DNA of 24,928 bases, taken from the IMG/VR virus record IMGVR_UViG_3300016467_000093, positions 1 through 24,928 of that record. The stretch is one strand, 5' to 3'. Source of the DNA: a virus. Taxonomy: Duplodnaviria > Caudoviricetes. The translations under genes and the position numbers were made by a program. Of this stretch, positions 8,912 to 16,934 are shown piece after piece (within the stretch, counting starts at the first letter, position 1; each line of letters begins with the position of its first letter). The notes beneath the pieces were generated by a model. The model was not told the DNA's origin. It saw only the letters and a program-made list of their open reading frames with translations, and ran no database searches.

Positions 8912-9153
8912 TCTTCAACTCCGAAATGTTCTGCTACATTAGCAATACGATTAACAACTTCTGGTAGGCTACCTATTTGATAATCTGGGCTAGTAGGGTC
9001 TGGTAAATCTTTGCTGAATACTTCAACACATTCCTTGACAATCAACTCGGCGAACTTTTCCATTTCATTTAATGTGACAGTTCTTTGAGGCGATAAGTCT
9101 GGTTCTAGGCCTGATGTAGCCTCATTCAAAAGTTCTCTAATTCGTTCGTTCAT
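8908..9153 (-). CDS. Conserved-type phage hypothetical protein
   Basis: MNERIREL..EKFAELIVKEC..EHFGVEE pattern; ATGA coupled. Confidence 0.7.
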   Translation of the reverse strand: MNERIRELLNEATSGLEPDLSPQRTVTLNEMEKFAELIVKECVEVFSKDLPDPTSPDYQIGSLPEVVNRIANVAEHFGVEE

Positions 9154-9473
9154 GCCAGTTCCTTTAGATGTTTACAATCACCACGGAATGTAAATCCAGG
9201 GCAGGTACAAGTTTTGGTTTCCGGGTCGACAAAATACTTGTTGCCTTTGCTACCTGCAACTTCAATCAATTCGCTTTTGACTTCTACCTTAAATGGATTT
9301 GTTTTGAGTTCCTCGAACTTACGACCTCTTTTGTCAATTCGAATTGGTTTTTTAAAGTAGTAAGGAGTGCGAGTTCCGTGCTTTATATAAGCAACCATCT
9401 GGTCCCCATCAAGAAGATAAGTATGGTTGGGAATATTATCATTCCATTTGGTAATTTCTTTGTAAGCCTGCAT
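9150..9473 (-). CDS. SWIM zinc-finger protein
   Basis: GSKGNKYFV..CTCPGFTFRGDCKH (CxC..CxH). Confidence 0.8.
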   Translation of the reverse strand: MQAYKEITKWNDNIPNHTYLLDGDQMVAYIKHGTRTPYYFKKPIRIDKRGRKFEELKTNPFKVEVKSELIEVAGSKGNKYFVDPETKTCTCPGFTFRGDCKHLKELA

Positions 9474-9503
9474 TGTGCGCCCAAAATGAGTTAACGATGC
9501 GCT

Positions 9504-9532
9504 ATTATATTACATTTTGAATATTCTGTCAA
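9504..9532 (-). promoter_or_regulatory. Consensus sigma70 promoter for the leftward operon
   Basis: Minus strand TTGACA (9532-9527), 17 bp spacer, TATAAT (9509-9504). Confidence 0.85.
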
Positions 9533-9537
9533 ATGTT

Positions 9538-9566
9538 TTGACAACGTGTAATATTATAGTTACACT
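9538..9566 (+). promoter_or_regulatory. sigma70 promoter for the heptose cluster
   Basis: TTGACA 9538-9543, 17 bp spacer, TACACT 9561-9566. Confidence 0.75.
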
Positions 9567-9584
9567 AGAATATCGAGAAGAATC

Positions 9585-10403
9585 ATGAGAATTTTAGTAA
9601 CTGGACACGAAGGCTTTATTGGCCGAAATATGACAACTTGGTTGCACCAAGAAGAAGGTTGGGAAGTCGAAGGATGGGAATGGGATCCAAAAGACTTTCC
9701 AGATGTGCGAGAGTACGATTGGGTAATCCATTTGGGTGCCGTTGCTGACATGACAGATTCGGATGTGGAAAAAGTTTTGGTACAGAATTTAGATTTTAGC
9801 CAAAAACTATTTGAAGCATGTAACAGAGAAGGTGTTAACTTGCAGTATGCAAGTAGCAGTAGTGTATATGGAAATACTAAAGATTTTAGTGAGTACGCTC
9901 CTTGCCGGCCTCAAACGGCTTATGCTTGGAGTAAGTATCTATTTGATCGCTGGGTTTTTAATCAGCCTTTAAATATCTACGTACAAGGTTTTAGATATTT
10001 TAATGTGTACGGCAAGTGGATGCATTTGCGTGGCCACAGGGCTAATGCTATTTGGAAATGGCAACAACAAGCCCGCAAGGAAGGTAAGATAACAGTTTGG
10101 GAAACAGCCGAGCATGTTTATAGAGACTGGACATGGGTTGGAGATGTGTGTAGATTGCACATAGATTTTATTAAGACAGTAAACGGTAGCGGTATTTGGA
10201 ATGTAGGTTCCGGATTGCCGCATAGTTTTTTAGATATAGCAGAAGAAATTGCTGAACAAGAAGGTGTAGAGATCGAAACTATACCAGTTCCTGAAGAAGA
10301 AAAGGAACGTATGCGTAATCGTACTTGTGCCGATCTAACTAAGCTAAAAGAAACTATTGGTAAACGACAATGGTTGAATGTATTTGAATGGTTAAACCAA
10401 TGA
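9585..10403 (+). CDS. hldD: ADP-L-glycero-D-manno-heptose-6-epimerase-like NAD-dependent epimerase (copy 1)
   Basis: TGHEGFIG, IHLGA, YASSSSVYG, YAWSK catalytic motif, FRYFNVYG; HldE-domain neighbours. Confidence 0.75.
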   Translation: MRILVTGHEGFIGRNMTTWLHQEEGWEVEGWEWDPKDFPDVREYDWVIHLGAVADMTDSDVEKVLVQNLDFSQKLFEACNREGVNLQYASSSSVYGNTKDFSEYAPCRPQTAYAWSKYLFDRWVFNQPLNIYVQGFRYFNVYGKWMHLRGHRANAIWKWQQQARKEGKITVWETAEHVYRDWTWVGDVCRLHIDFIKTVNGSGIWNVGSGLPHSFLDIAEEIAEQEGVEIETIPVPEEEKERMRNRTCADLTKLKETIGKRQWLNVFEWLNQ

Positions 10404-10759
10404 CAAGATTAGAGGGCGTAGTAGAAAAAGGTTGGGGTGGAGAATATATCTTTGCAACTAATGACAAGTATTGTGGTAAGATGATGTACTTCAAGGCCAA
10501 TGCTAAATTTAGTATGCACTTCCATAGCGAAAAAGATGAAACATGGTGTATACTGCACGGAAAGTTTCTCGTGCATTATATAGACACAAAGGATGCTAGT
10601 CGTCACACTAAAGAATTAAACGAAGGTGATACTTGGCACAATCCTCCTTTGCTGCCACATCAGTTAGAATGTTTAGAAGAAGGCGTAATTGTAGAAGTCA
10701 GTACACCAGATAGTGTTGAAGATAATTATCGTGTTATGCCAGGGGATAGTCAAAGATGA
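10400..10759 (+). CDS. Cupin-domain protein (sugar isomerase-like)
   Basis: EKGWGGE, SMHFHSEKDETW, PH and EVST motifs; ATGA-coupled start. Confidence 0.75.
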   Translation: MTRLEGVVEKGWGGEYIFATNDKYCGKMMYFKANAKFSMHFHSEKDETWCILHGKFLVHYIDTKDASRHTKELNEGDTWHNPPLLPHQLECLEEGVIVEVSTPDSVEDNYRVMPGDSQR

Positions 10760-11160
10760 AACGTGTAATGGTAAACGGAACATTTGATGTTTTACACCGT
10801 GGACATTTAGATCTTTTAAGGTATGCTCGACAACAAGGAGATCAGTTATTAGTTGCAATTGACACTGATCGCAGAGTTAAAGAATTAAAGGGCAATTCCC
10901 GGCCTATTAATAATGAAGCTGATAGAAAACTAATGCTACACAGCTTGCGAGATGTTGATATTGTTATGTTGTTTGATTCCACAAAAGAACTAATTCAGAT
11001 AATGGAAGATTTTAAACCAGATGTCTACGTTAAAGGCAGTGATTGGAAACACGATAAAGGTTCAACAGCAGAACAATATTGTAAGAAAGTAATTTATTAT
11101 GACAGAGTCGGCGACTACTCAACAACAAAAATCATTCAAGATATTATTAGTAGGGGATAA
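10756..11160 (+). CDS. Heptose 1-phosphate adenylyltransferase-like (RfaE/HldE domain II, cytidylyltransferase fold)
   Basis: GTFDVLHRGH (HxGH), LKG..RPI, KPDVYVKGSDW, YSTT. Confidence 0.85.
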   Translation: MKRVMVNGTFDVLHRGHLDLLRYARQQGDQLLVAIDTDRRVKELKGNSRPINNEADRKLMLHSLRDVDIVMLFDSTKELIQIMEDFKPDVYVKGSDWKHDKGSTAEQYCKKVIYYDRVGDYSTTKIIQDIISRG

Positions 11161-11854
11161 CTGTATTGACATTTATCAGTACGGAACTGTTGATAGATTA
11201 AGCCCTGAAGCTCCTGTACCTATATTTGTTCCTACACATAAAGAAGAACGTGACGGCATGGCCGGTAATGTCTATGCTAACTTAAAAGCGTTAGGCTGTG
11301 ATGTAACACTAGTATGCGGTAGTGCTAGCCATAAAACTAGATTAATTGATAGTCGCACTAAGCAACAGCTACTACGAATGGATAACGATTATAAGTCTAT
11401 ACCTATAGTTAATGTAGATCCAACAGGTTATGATGCTATTGTTATTAGTGATTATAACAAAGGCGTTGTCAGTTACGAACTAATTGAAAAGTTAATTGAA
11501 TCTAGACTGCCAGTGTTTATTGATACAAAGAAAACAGACTTAGCACGTATGCAAGGTGCATGGGTTAAAATTAACGAACTAGAGTTTAGTAAAATAAAGT
11601 CAAGTTGCACAGGTTTAATTGTAACACTAGGAGAAAAAGGCGCAGTCATTCCGCATCACGAAGTAAGTATGCCAGCACCTAAAGTAGAAGTTGTAGATGT
11701 TACAGGAGCTGGAGATACCTTCTTGGCCGCACTCGCCTACAAGTGGTTAGACACTGGCAGTATAAATGCAGCCTTGTTCTTTGCTATTGAAGCATCTTCT
11801 GTTACTGTACAACATTTCGGCTGCTACGCACCCACATTGAAAGAAATATTATGA
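11099..11854 (+). CDS. Heptose 7-phosphate kinase-like PfkB kinase (RfaE/HldE domain I)
   Basis: RLSPEAPVPI, GMAGNV, ISDYNKG, DVTGAGDTF. Confidence 0.85.
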   Translation: MTESATTQQQKSFKILLVGDNCIDIYQYGTVDRLSPEAPVPIFVPTHKEERDGMAGNVYANLKALGCDVTLVCGSASHKTRLIDSRTKQQLLRMDNDYKSIPIVNVDPTGYDAIVISDYNKGVVSYELIEKLIESRLPVFIDTKKTDLARMQGAWVKINELEFSKIKSSCTGLIVTLGEKGAVIPHHEVSMPAPKVEVVDVTGAGDTFLAALAYKWLDTGSINAALFFAIEASSVTVQHFGCYAPTLKEIL

Positions 11855-12663
11855 AAATAATGATAACAGGCCATAAAGGCTTTATAGGCAAAAACCTAGT
11901 TAATTACATAAAACAAAATACAGACTGGGAAGTAGATACATACGAACTAGGAGACGGTTACCCAGGCGTCATGGACTGTGATTGGGTTATACACTTAGGT
12001 GCAAATAGTTCTACAACAGAACGTGATGTTAACGGCATTTTAAAGCAAAACTATGATTTCACTGTTAGACTGTTTGACGAATGTAAAACGTTTGGTGTTA
12101 ACTTCCAGTACGCTAGCTCTGCCAGTGTTTACGGATTAGGCAATGCTTTTAGCGAAAAGTCTCTAGTAGATCCACGTAACCCTTATGCTTGGAGTAAGTA
12201 CCTAGCTGAAAGATATATCGTAGAACATACTGGCGGTGCAACTGCACATTGTTTTAGATACTTTAATGTCTATGGTAATCATGAAGGGCACAAAGCAGGG
12301 CAAGCAAGTCCTGTCACACAATTTAGTAGACAGAACCCTATTAAACTATTTGAAAACAGCGAAAGCTATCTGCGTGATTTTATTGCAGTAGAAGATGTTT
12401 GCAGGGTGCATGTAGAGTTTATTAAACAAGTAAAAGAGTCTGGTGTTTATAATGTTGGCACAGGGAAAACAACTAGTTTTAAACAAGTTGCCGAGCTAAT
12501 AAGCAATCGTAATAATACTGCAATAGAATATGTTCCAATGCCTGAAATACTTAAATCTAGCTATCAAAAATACACATGTGCAGACATTTCTAAGCTAGAA
12601 GCTGTACTGGGCCCACAAACTTGGATCAGTTTGGAAGAATGGCTTGATAAATATAAATTATGA
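11851..12663 (+). CDS. hldD: ADP-L-glycero-D-manno-heptose-6-epimerase-like epimerase (copy 2)
   Basis: TGHKGFIG, HLGANSSTTE, YASSASVYG, YAWSK, RYFNVYG.HEGHK.GQAS, YQKYTCAD. Confidence 0.85.
   Translation: MKIMITGHKGFIGKNLVNYIKQNTDWEVDTYELGDGYPGVMDCDWVIHLGANSSTTERDVNGILKQNYDFTVRLFDECKTFGVNFQYASSASVYGLGNAFSEKSLVDPRNPYAWSKYLAERYIVEHTGGATAHCFRYFNVYGNHEGHKAGQASPVTQFSRQNPIKLFENSESYLRDFIAVEDVCRVHVEFIKQVKESGVYNVGTGKTTSFKQVAELISNRNNTAIEYVPMPEILKSSYQKYTCADISKLEAVLGPQTWISLEEWLDKYKL
12648..12653 (+). promoter_or_regulatory. TAAATA late-promoter-like motif
   Basis: 6 nt before the ATG at 12660; matches the core of the T4 late promoter TATAAATA; recurs before many genes. Confidence 0.6.
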
Positions 12664-12920
12664 AGATCCATGAAATTATATCTGAAGAAGGCAAAGCCAG
12701 CAGAGCTTTATGTACTAGTAGTAAACCTGATAAAGAATTAGGTGCTAGTCAGCTAGCATCTTGTAAGAGTCAAGGACTACGTGCCCGCGACGGCGAAAAG
12801 AGCCATTTAATTACTGCTGGAAACAGAAAAGTAAGAATTACTGTAGGCGGCAAAAGGATCAAAGGTAGGAAGTACGGCGGCCCACTTCCTGATTACGGAA
12901 CCAGGAAGTCACAAAAATGA
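12660..12920 (+). CDS. Small basic protein, possible capsid-internal protein
   Basis: K/R rich; N-terminal MKIHEIISEE leader. Confidence 0.7.
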   Translation: MKIHEIISEEGKASRALCTSSKPDKELGASQLASCKSQGLRARDGEKSHLITAGNRKVRITVGGKRIKGRKYGGPLPDYGTRKSQK

Positions 12921-13525
12921 GATTAAAAGAATTCATAGATCCAAATAAGACATTATCGGATATAATGAAAGGGCTTGATCCGTCCTTACTCAAGGGAACA
13001 ACCTGGGAAAAACCAGGAACGCCTGCAAAAGCAATTAAAAAAACAAGCATGCAATCTGCCCCTTCAAAAGGCGAGCCGGCAGGGAACTATAAGTCTGGAG
13101 TAGGAGGCCGTGTAAACCCTAAAGAAATTGCAGCTTACTTACAATCTAAAGGATTTGATCGCAATCAAATTGCTGGTTGGTTAGTTAATATCAAATGGGA
13201 AAGTAGTTTCTATCCAGGTGCTTATGTTGCAGTAGACGCAGGACAAGGTCAAAGCGGAGGCTTCTTTGGATTCCATGATGTAGTTAATGGCAAAGGTTTG
13301 TTTACACAAATGGTTAAATTCACTGGTGGCCCTAACAGTTGGCAAACTAATTGGCGCGGTCAATTAGATTTTGCTCTACAGGATCCTCGTGGACAAAAAT
13401 ATAGATCTACAAAATTTAAAACACCTGGTGAAGCGGCACACTGGTGGACAACACACTACGAAAAACCTAAAGATACAGAGAAGCAAGCATCAATCAGAGC
13501 TGCTAATGCTTCTAAGTATGCCTAA
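12917..13525 (+). CDS. Phage tail lysozyme-like protein (Phage_lysozyme2 type)
   Basis: QIAGWLVNIKWESSF, GQLDFAL, TPGEAAHWWTTHYEKP. Confidence 0.75.
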   Translation: MRLKEFIDPNKTLSDIMKGLDPSLLKGTTWEKPGTPAKAIKKTSMQSAPSKGEPAGNYKSGVGGRVNPKEIAAYLQSKGFDRNQIAGWLVNIKWESSFYPGAYVAVDAGQGQSGGFFGFHDVVNGKGLFTQMVKFTGGPNSWQTNWRGQLDFALQDPRGQKYRSTKFKTPGEAAHWWTTHYEKPKDTEKQASIRAANASKYA

Positions 13526-13531
13526 TAAATA
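13526..13531 (+). promoter_or_regulatory. TAAATA late-promoter-like motif
   Basis: 5 nt before the ATG at 13537. Confidence 0.55.
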
Positions 13532-13536
13532 TCTTC

Positions 13537-14085
13537 ATGAGTTTAGTAGGAAAATTATTAATTGCGCCTCCAGCAGTCAAAGGTAACTTCTGGCAAAAAA
13601 CTGTAATCTTAGTTACAGAAAACTATCCCCACGGTAGTGTAGGATTTGTGCTAAACAAACGTAGTCAAATGACATTAACAGAGTTTGGCGAACAGCTAGG
13701 ATACAAAATAGATATTCCAGGCTTTGTTTACTTAGGCGGGCCTGTTAATGTTAAAAGCCTTACTTTCCTACATACAAACGACTGGACCAGTAAGAACATG
13801 ATCAAGATCAACGATGAGCTTTCTTTAAGTAGTTCGGACGAAATACTACCAAGAATGGCCATGGGTGATTTACCCGGTCGCTGGCGGCTAATGCTAGGTT
13901 TATGTGGTTGGGGCTCTAACCAATTAGAAGGCGAAATCAAAGGAGATCATCCTTGGAAATTGGAAACTGCATGGTGCCTAGCCAAAGCTGATATGGAATC
14001 GGTTTTTGGTACAGATGGGCAGGATCAATGGACTTCTAGTTTGGATAAATCTGGTTTGGAATTCGCCCAAAATTTCCTTGCATAA
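13537..14085 (+). CDS. yqgE: YqgE/AlgH family protein (DUF179)
   Basis: GKLLIAPP, F.KTVIL, GSVGFVLNK, VYLGGPV, G.CGWGSNQLEGEI..W. Confidence 0.85.
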   Translation: MSLVGKLLIAPPAVKGNFWQKTVILVTENYPHGSVGFVLNKRSQMTLTEFGEQLGYKIDIPGFVYLGGPVNVKSLTFLHTNDWTSKNMIKINDELSLSSSDEILPRMAMGDLPGRWRLMLGLCGWGSNQLEGEIKGDHPWKLETAWCLAKADMESVFGTDGQDQWTSSLDKSGLEFAQNFLA

Positions 14086-14088
14086 GAA

Positions 14089-14117
14089 TTGACATAAGTA
14101 TATATTGAGTATATAAT
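14089..14117 (+). promoter_or_regulatory. Consensus sigma70 promoter
   Basis: TTGACA 14089-14094, 17 bp spacer, TATAAT 14112-14117. Confidence 0.85.
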
Positions 14118-14167
14118 ATATACTTTCCAATGGTTGGGTCTGTAAACACAACTAAAAGAGGTTCAAA

Positions 14168-14680
14168 GTGTCAGCTACTCTACTGCTAAATGCAGACGGC
14201 ATGCCTGTAAGTTACATGCCACTCAGTACATTAACGTGGGAAGATGCTATCAAGTACATGGTTTTGGATAAAGCCGATGTACTGCTTTATCACGACGGCT
14301 GGGTTGTACATTCAGCCCGTTGGGAAACGCAAGTCCCTAGCGTTATGATGCTACGTGAATACATGAAGCCAAAGACAACTGTAAGGTTCAGCAAGAGCAA
14401 TGTATTCTTACGAGACAACTACCATTGTGCATACTGTAACGCAGATTTGCAAAAGAAAGAATGTACCCTTGACCATGTACTACCAACTAGTCACGGTGGT
14501 AAGACTACTTTTGAAAACTGTGTAACTGCTTGCGGTCCTTGCAATGCTGGCAAAGGTAACGACAAGCGTATACGGCCTAAGTTCAAGCCTTACAAGCCAG
14601 ACTATTTTGAACTAGTTAGCAAGCGTAAACAACAAGGCCTACAAGTCAGGTATGACGAGTGGCTACAGTTCCTACGTTAA
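14168..14680 (+). CDS. HNH endonuclease (McrA-like)
   Basis: LLLNADG.P N-terminus, VFLRDNYHCAYC, TLDHVLP.SHGG, NCVTACGPCNAGK; GTG start with GAGG Shine-Dalgarno. Confidence 0.9.
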   Translation: MSATLLLNADGMPVSYMPLSTLTWEDAIKYMVLDKADVLLYHDGWVVHSARWETQVPSVMMLREYMKPKTTVRFSKSNVFLRDNYHCAYCNADLQKKECTLDHVLPTSHGGKTTFENCVTACGPCNAGKGNDKRIRPKFKPYKPDYFELVSKRKQQGLQVRYDEWLQFLR

Positions 14681-15540
14681 CTAAGCTAGCGGTACAATGG
14701 CAAGTAGGTAATCAATGTAATTACCGATGCGATTACTGCCATCCAAATTACCACGATGGCAGTAATCCTTTCTTATCTTACGAAAACTTTCAAACTGCAA
14801 TCACTAACTTAGGTGATTCAGTTTCTCACGACTTAATCATTATAGAATTTCAAGGCGGCGAGCCTAGTATATGTGTGCCTGTTAGAGACGCTCTAATAGA
14901 GACACCGGGTAGATTCAAATACGTAATATCAACTAATGCTAGTCAAAGCATAGATTGGTGGTGCCAAGCTGTCAACAATTTAGTTGGCGTAATATTGTCA
15001 TATCACCCAGAGTATTGTAGTCCTGCACATTTCAAAGATGTTGTGTCTGTGGTTAGGGATAGCGGAATAGAATATTCAATTACGATTAACGCACATCCTA
15101 AACAGGAACGATGGCAAGATGCTGTTGCCATGTATGAAGAATTAAAACATTTGCCCACGCAACTTAGAGCATTGTTTGCTAATCACGAGCGTGGAAACAA
15201 CAAATTCTTTGACTATACCAAAGAGCAATGGGACTACTACACACTGGTAAACAATATACATCCCCCAAAAGAAGAGCCAGTCGAAACACAAATAAAGTGG
15301 GTAGAACAACGGCTATATAATAACTACAAAGGGCACTTATGTTGGGCCGGTGTAGACCAAATTGTTATAGACTATTTTGGCTATGCTTACAGAGGTTGGT
15401 GTCATGCACATGGCAGTTTGGGAAATGTATTCGAAGGCCCAATTACTATGGACACAAAGCCAAAGGTATGTCCTTACACACAATGTAAGAACGCCTTTGA
15501 CTTGCAGGCCAAAAAGAGTGAAAATAGTTGGGGGTTGTAA
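14659..15540 (+). CDS. Radical SAM protein with C-terminal Cys cluster
   Basis: CNYRCDYC (CxxxCxxC), GGEP, STN, SYH; C-terminal CWAG..WC..CPYTQC. Confidence 0.85.
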   Translation: MATVPTLTKLAVQWQVGNQCNYRCDYCHPNYHDGSNPFLSYENFQTAITNLGDSVSHDLIIIEFQGGEPSICVPVRDALIETPGRFKYVISTNASQSIDWWCQAVNNLVGVILSYHPEYCSPAHFKDVVSVVRDSGIEYSITINAHPKQERWQDAVAMYEELKHLPTQLRALFANHERGNNKFFDYTKEQWDYYTLVNNIHPPKEEPVETQIKWVEQRLYNNYKGHLCWAGVDQIVIDYFGYAYRGWCHAHGSLGNVFEGPITMDTKPKVCPYTQCKNAFDLQAKKSENSWGL

Positions 15541-15959
15541 TGATAAAGTTTTTGTGGAAAATGTTGGGTTTTGCCAGCCTGGGAATGGCATACATTGGAG
15601 TTATTACTCCCGGAATTCCTTATAGTCCGTTTGTTGTATTTGCTGCTTATTGCTTTGCCAAAGGTTCGCCAAAAATGCACGCCTGGTTATACAATCACAA
15701 ACTGTTTGGACCGTTCTTAACAAACTGGGGACAGAAACGTGTATTCCCATTAAAGATGAAATTCTTTATGCTGGGTATGATGAGCCTGAGTTTAGTACTA
15801 ATGTATACAGGAAATGTTCCTGCAAAAGGTATTATCTATACGGCTATATTCATGGCCTGTGTTGCCGTATGGGCATGGCGATATCCTAGCTCTGTAGAAG
15901 AACATGATAAGCGTATTGCAGAAGGCCGCAAAATAGGCTGGTTTAACAACAGCTTTTAA
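15540..15959 (+). CDS. ybaN: YbaN/DUF454 family inner-membrane protein
   Basis: LG..SLG.AYIGVITPGIPYSPF....AYCFAKGSPKMHAWL..HKLFGPFL.NW; TAATG-coupled start. Confidence 0.85.
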   Translation: MIKFLWKMLGFASLGMAYIGVITPGIPYSPFVVFAAYCFAKGSPKMHAWLYNHKLFGPFLTNWGQKRVFPLKMKFFMLGMMSLSLVLMYTGNVPAKGIIYTAIFMACVAVWAWRYPSSVEEHDKRIAEGRKIGWFNNSF

Positions 15960-15961
15960 AC

Positions 15962-15988
15962 TAAATACGAGTACTTAAAAGGTACTCG
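15962..15988 (+). promoter_or_regulatory. TAAATA motif followed by an RBS-occluding hairpin
   Basis: TAAATA 15962-15967; CGAGTAC(TTAAAAG)GTACTCG 15968-15988 covers AAGG and ends 1 nt before the ATG. Confidence 0.6.
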
Positions 15989-15989
15989 A

Positions 15990-16802
15990 ATGAAGAAGTT
16001 AATATCAGTTTTATTTTTATTAGTTGCTAGTACAAGTTATGCTTGGGAGCAACGTGCTCCTCTACCAGTGCAAGCATGCCAAGTACATAGCCCTTATGGA
16101 TTTGCACAAACACAACGTCAAGTTGTTCCTATTTGTAGAGAAGCTTACTTAGTAGCATATGATGCTCCAGTTAAGATTCCTGCTTATGTGGCATACACAT
16201 TACTTCCACAAAATGCACTAGGATGCTGGCCTAGAACAAATGCTTTTGTTGCGGACAAATCAGTCCCAAATGGACCAACCCCATCGGATTATGCTGGGAC
16301 GGGCTACGACAAGGGCCATGCAGCTCCAGATGGGGATCTGAGCTGGAGCGAGATAGTAGAGTACGAAAGTTTTTTGATGACCAATATGTACCCTCAGCAC
16401 GGGAGCTTAAATCGTGGAATCTGGAAGTTGCTGGAAACTTCCGTGCGTGGGTGGGCCGTTCAACAGAACCGACCGTTTACGATATACATTGGAGCTATAT
16501 ATGGCGCTGGTGACGGATTTATTGGTAACGGCGTAATTGTTCCAAGAGCATTTTACAAGATTGTAATTGATCAACAAACAGGCTTAGTAGCGGGTTGGAT
16601 GTTTCCACACATTAAGCCATACGGAAATTTAGGTAACGACTTAACCAAGTTCCGTACTATGATATCAACAATTCAAACAGAAGCTAAGGTGCAGTTTAAG
16701 TTCCCTGCCAACGCTAAAGAATTACAACCAGGGCAAGAATGGCCTGTAGATTATGGAGCATTAACAAATGCAAAACGTGCTAAATGCGGAAAGACAGAAT
16801 GA
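15990..16802 (+). CDS. DNA/RNA non-specific endonuclease (NucA/EndA family) with signal peptide
   Basis: Signal peptide to ASTSYA; DY.GTGYDKGH, SFLMTNMYPQ, LNRGIWK.LE, VP.AFYKIV. Confidence 0.9.
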   Translation: MKKLISVLFLLVASTSYAWEQRAPLPVQACQVHSPYGFAQTQRQVVPICREAYLVAYDAPVKIPAYVAYTLLPQNALGCWPRTNAFVADKSVPNGPTPSDYAGTGYDKGHAAPDGDLSWSEIVEYESFLMTNMYPQHGSLNRGIWKLLETSVRGWAVQQNRPFTIYIGAIYGAGDGFIGNGVIVPRAFYKIVIDQQTGLVAGWMFPHIKPYGNLGNDLTKFRTMISTIQTEAKVQFKFPANAKELQPGQEWPVDYGALTNAKRAKCGKTE

Positions 16803-16934
16803 GTATCCAGTTTATCCAGAACAAGAAGGAGAATGGGATCGTCCTAGGAATCCTTATAGCCCTGTGTAATGATTTTATTGAAGGGCTAGCTAGATACGGC
16901 TGCTGGGTGGCCGGCTTACCATATTACGAAGATC

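Noticed and set aside
309-9494. Plus-strand ORFs (309, 1415, 2023, 4251, 5048, 5425, 5916, 7516, 9168)
   Set aside because: Antisense shadows of a contiguous, coupled minus-strand operon; no recognisable motifs
14118-14680. HNH as an IscB/HEARO or other RNA-guided nuclease
   Set aside because: No RuvC or PLMP motifs and only about 50 nt of leader, too short for a large guide RNA
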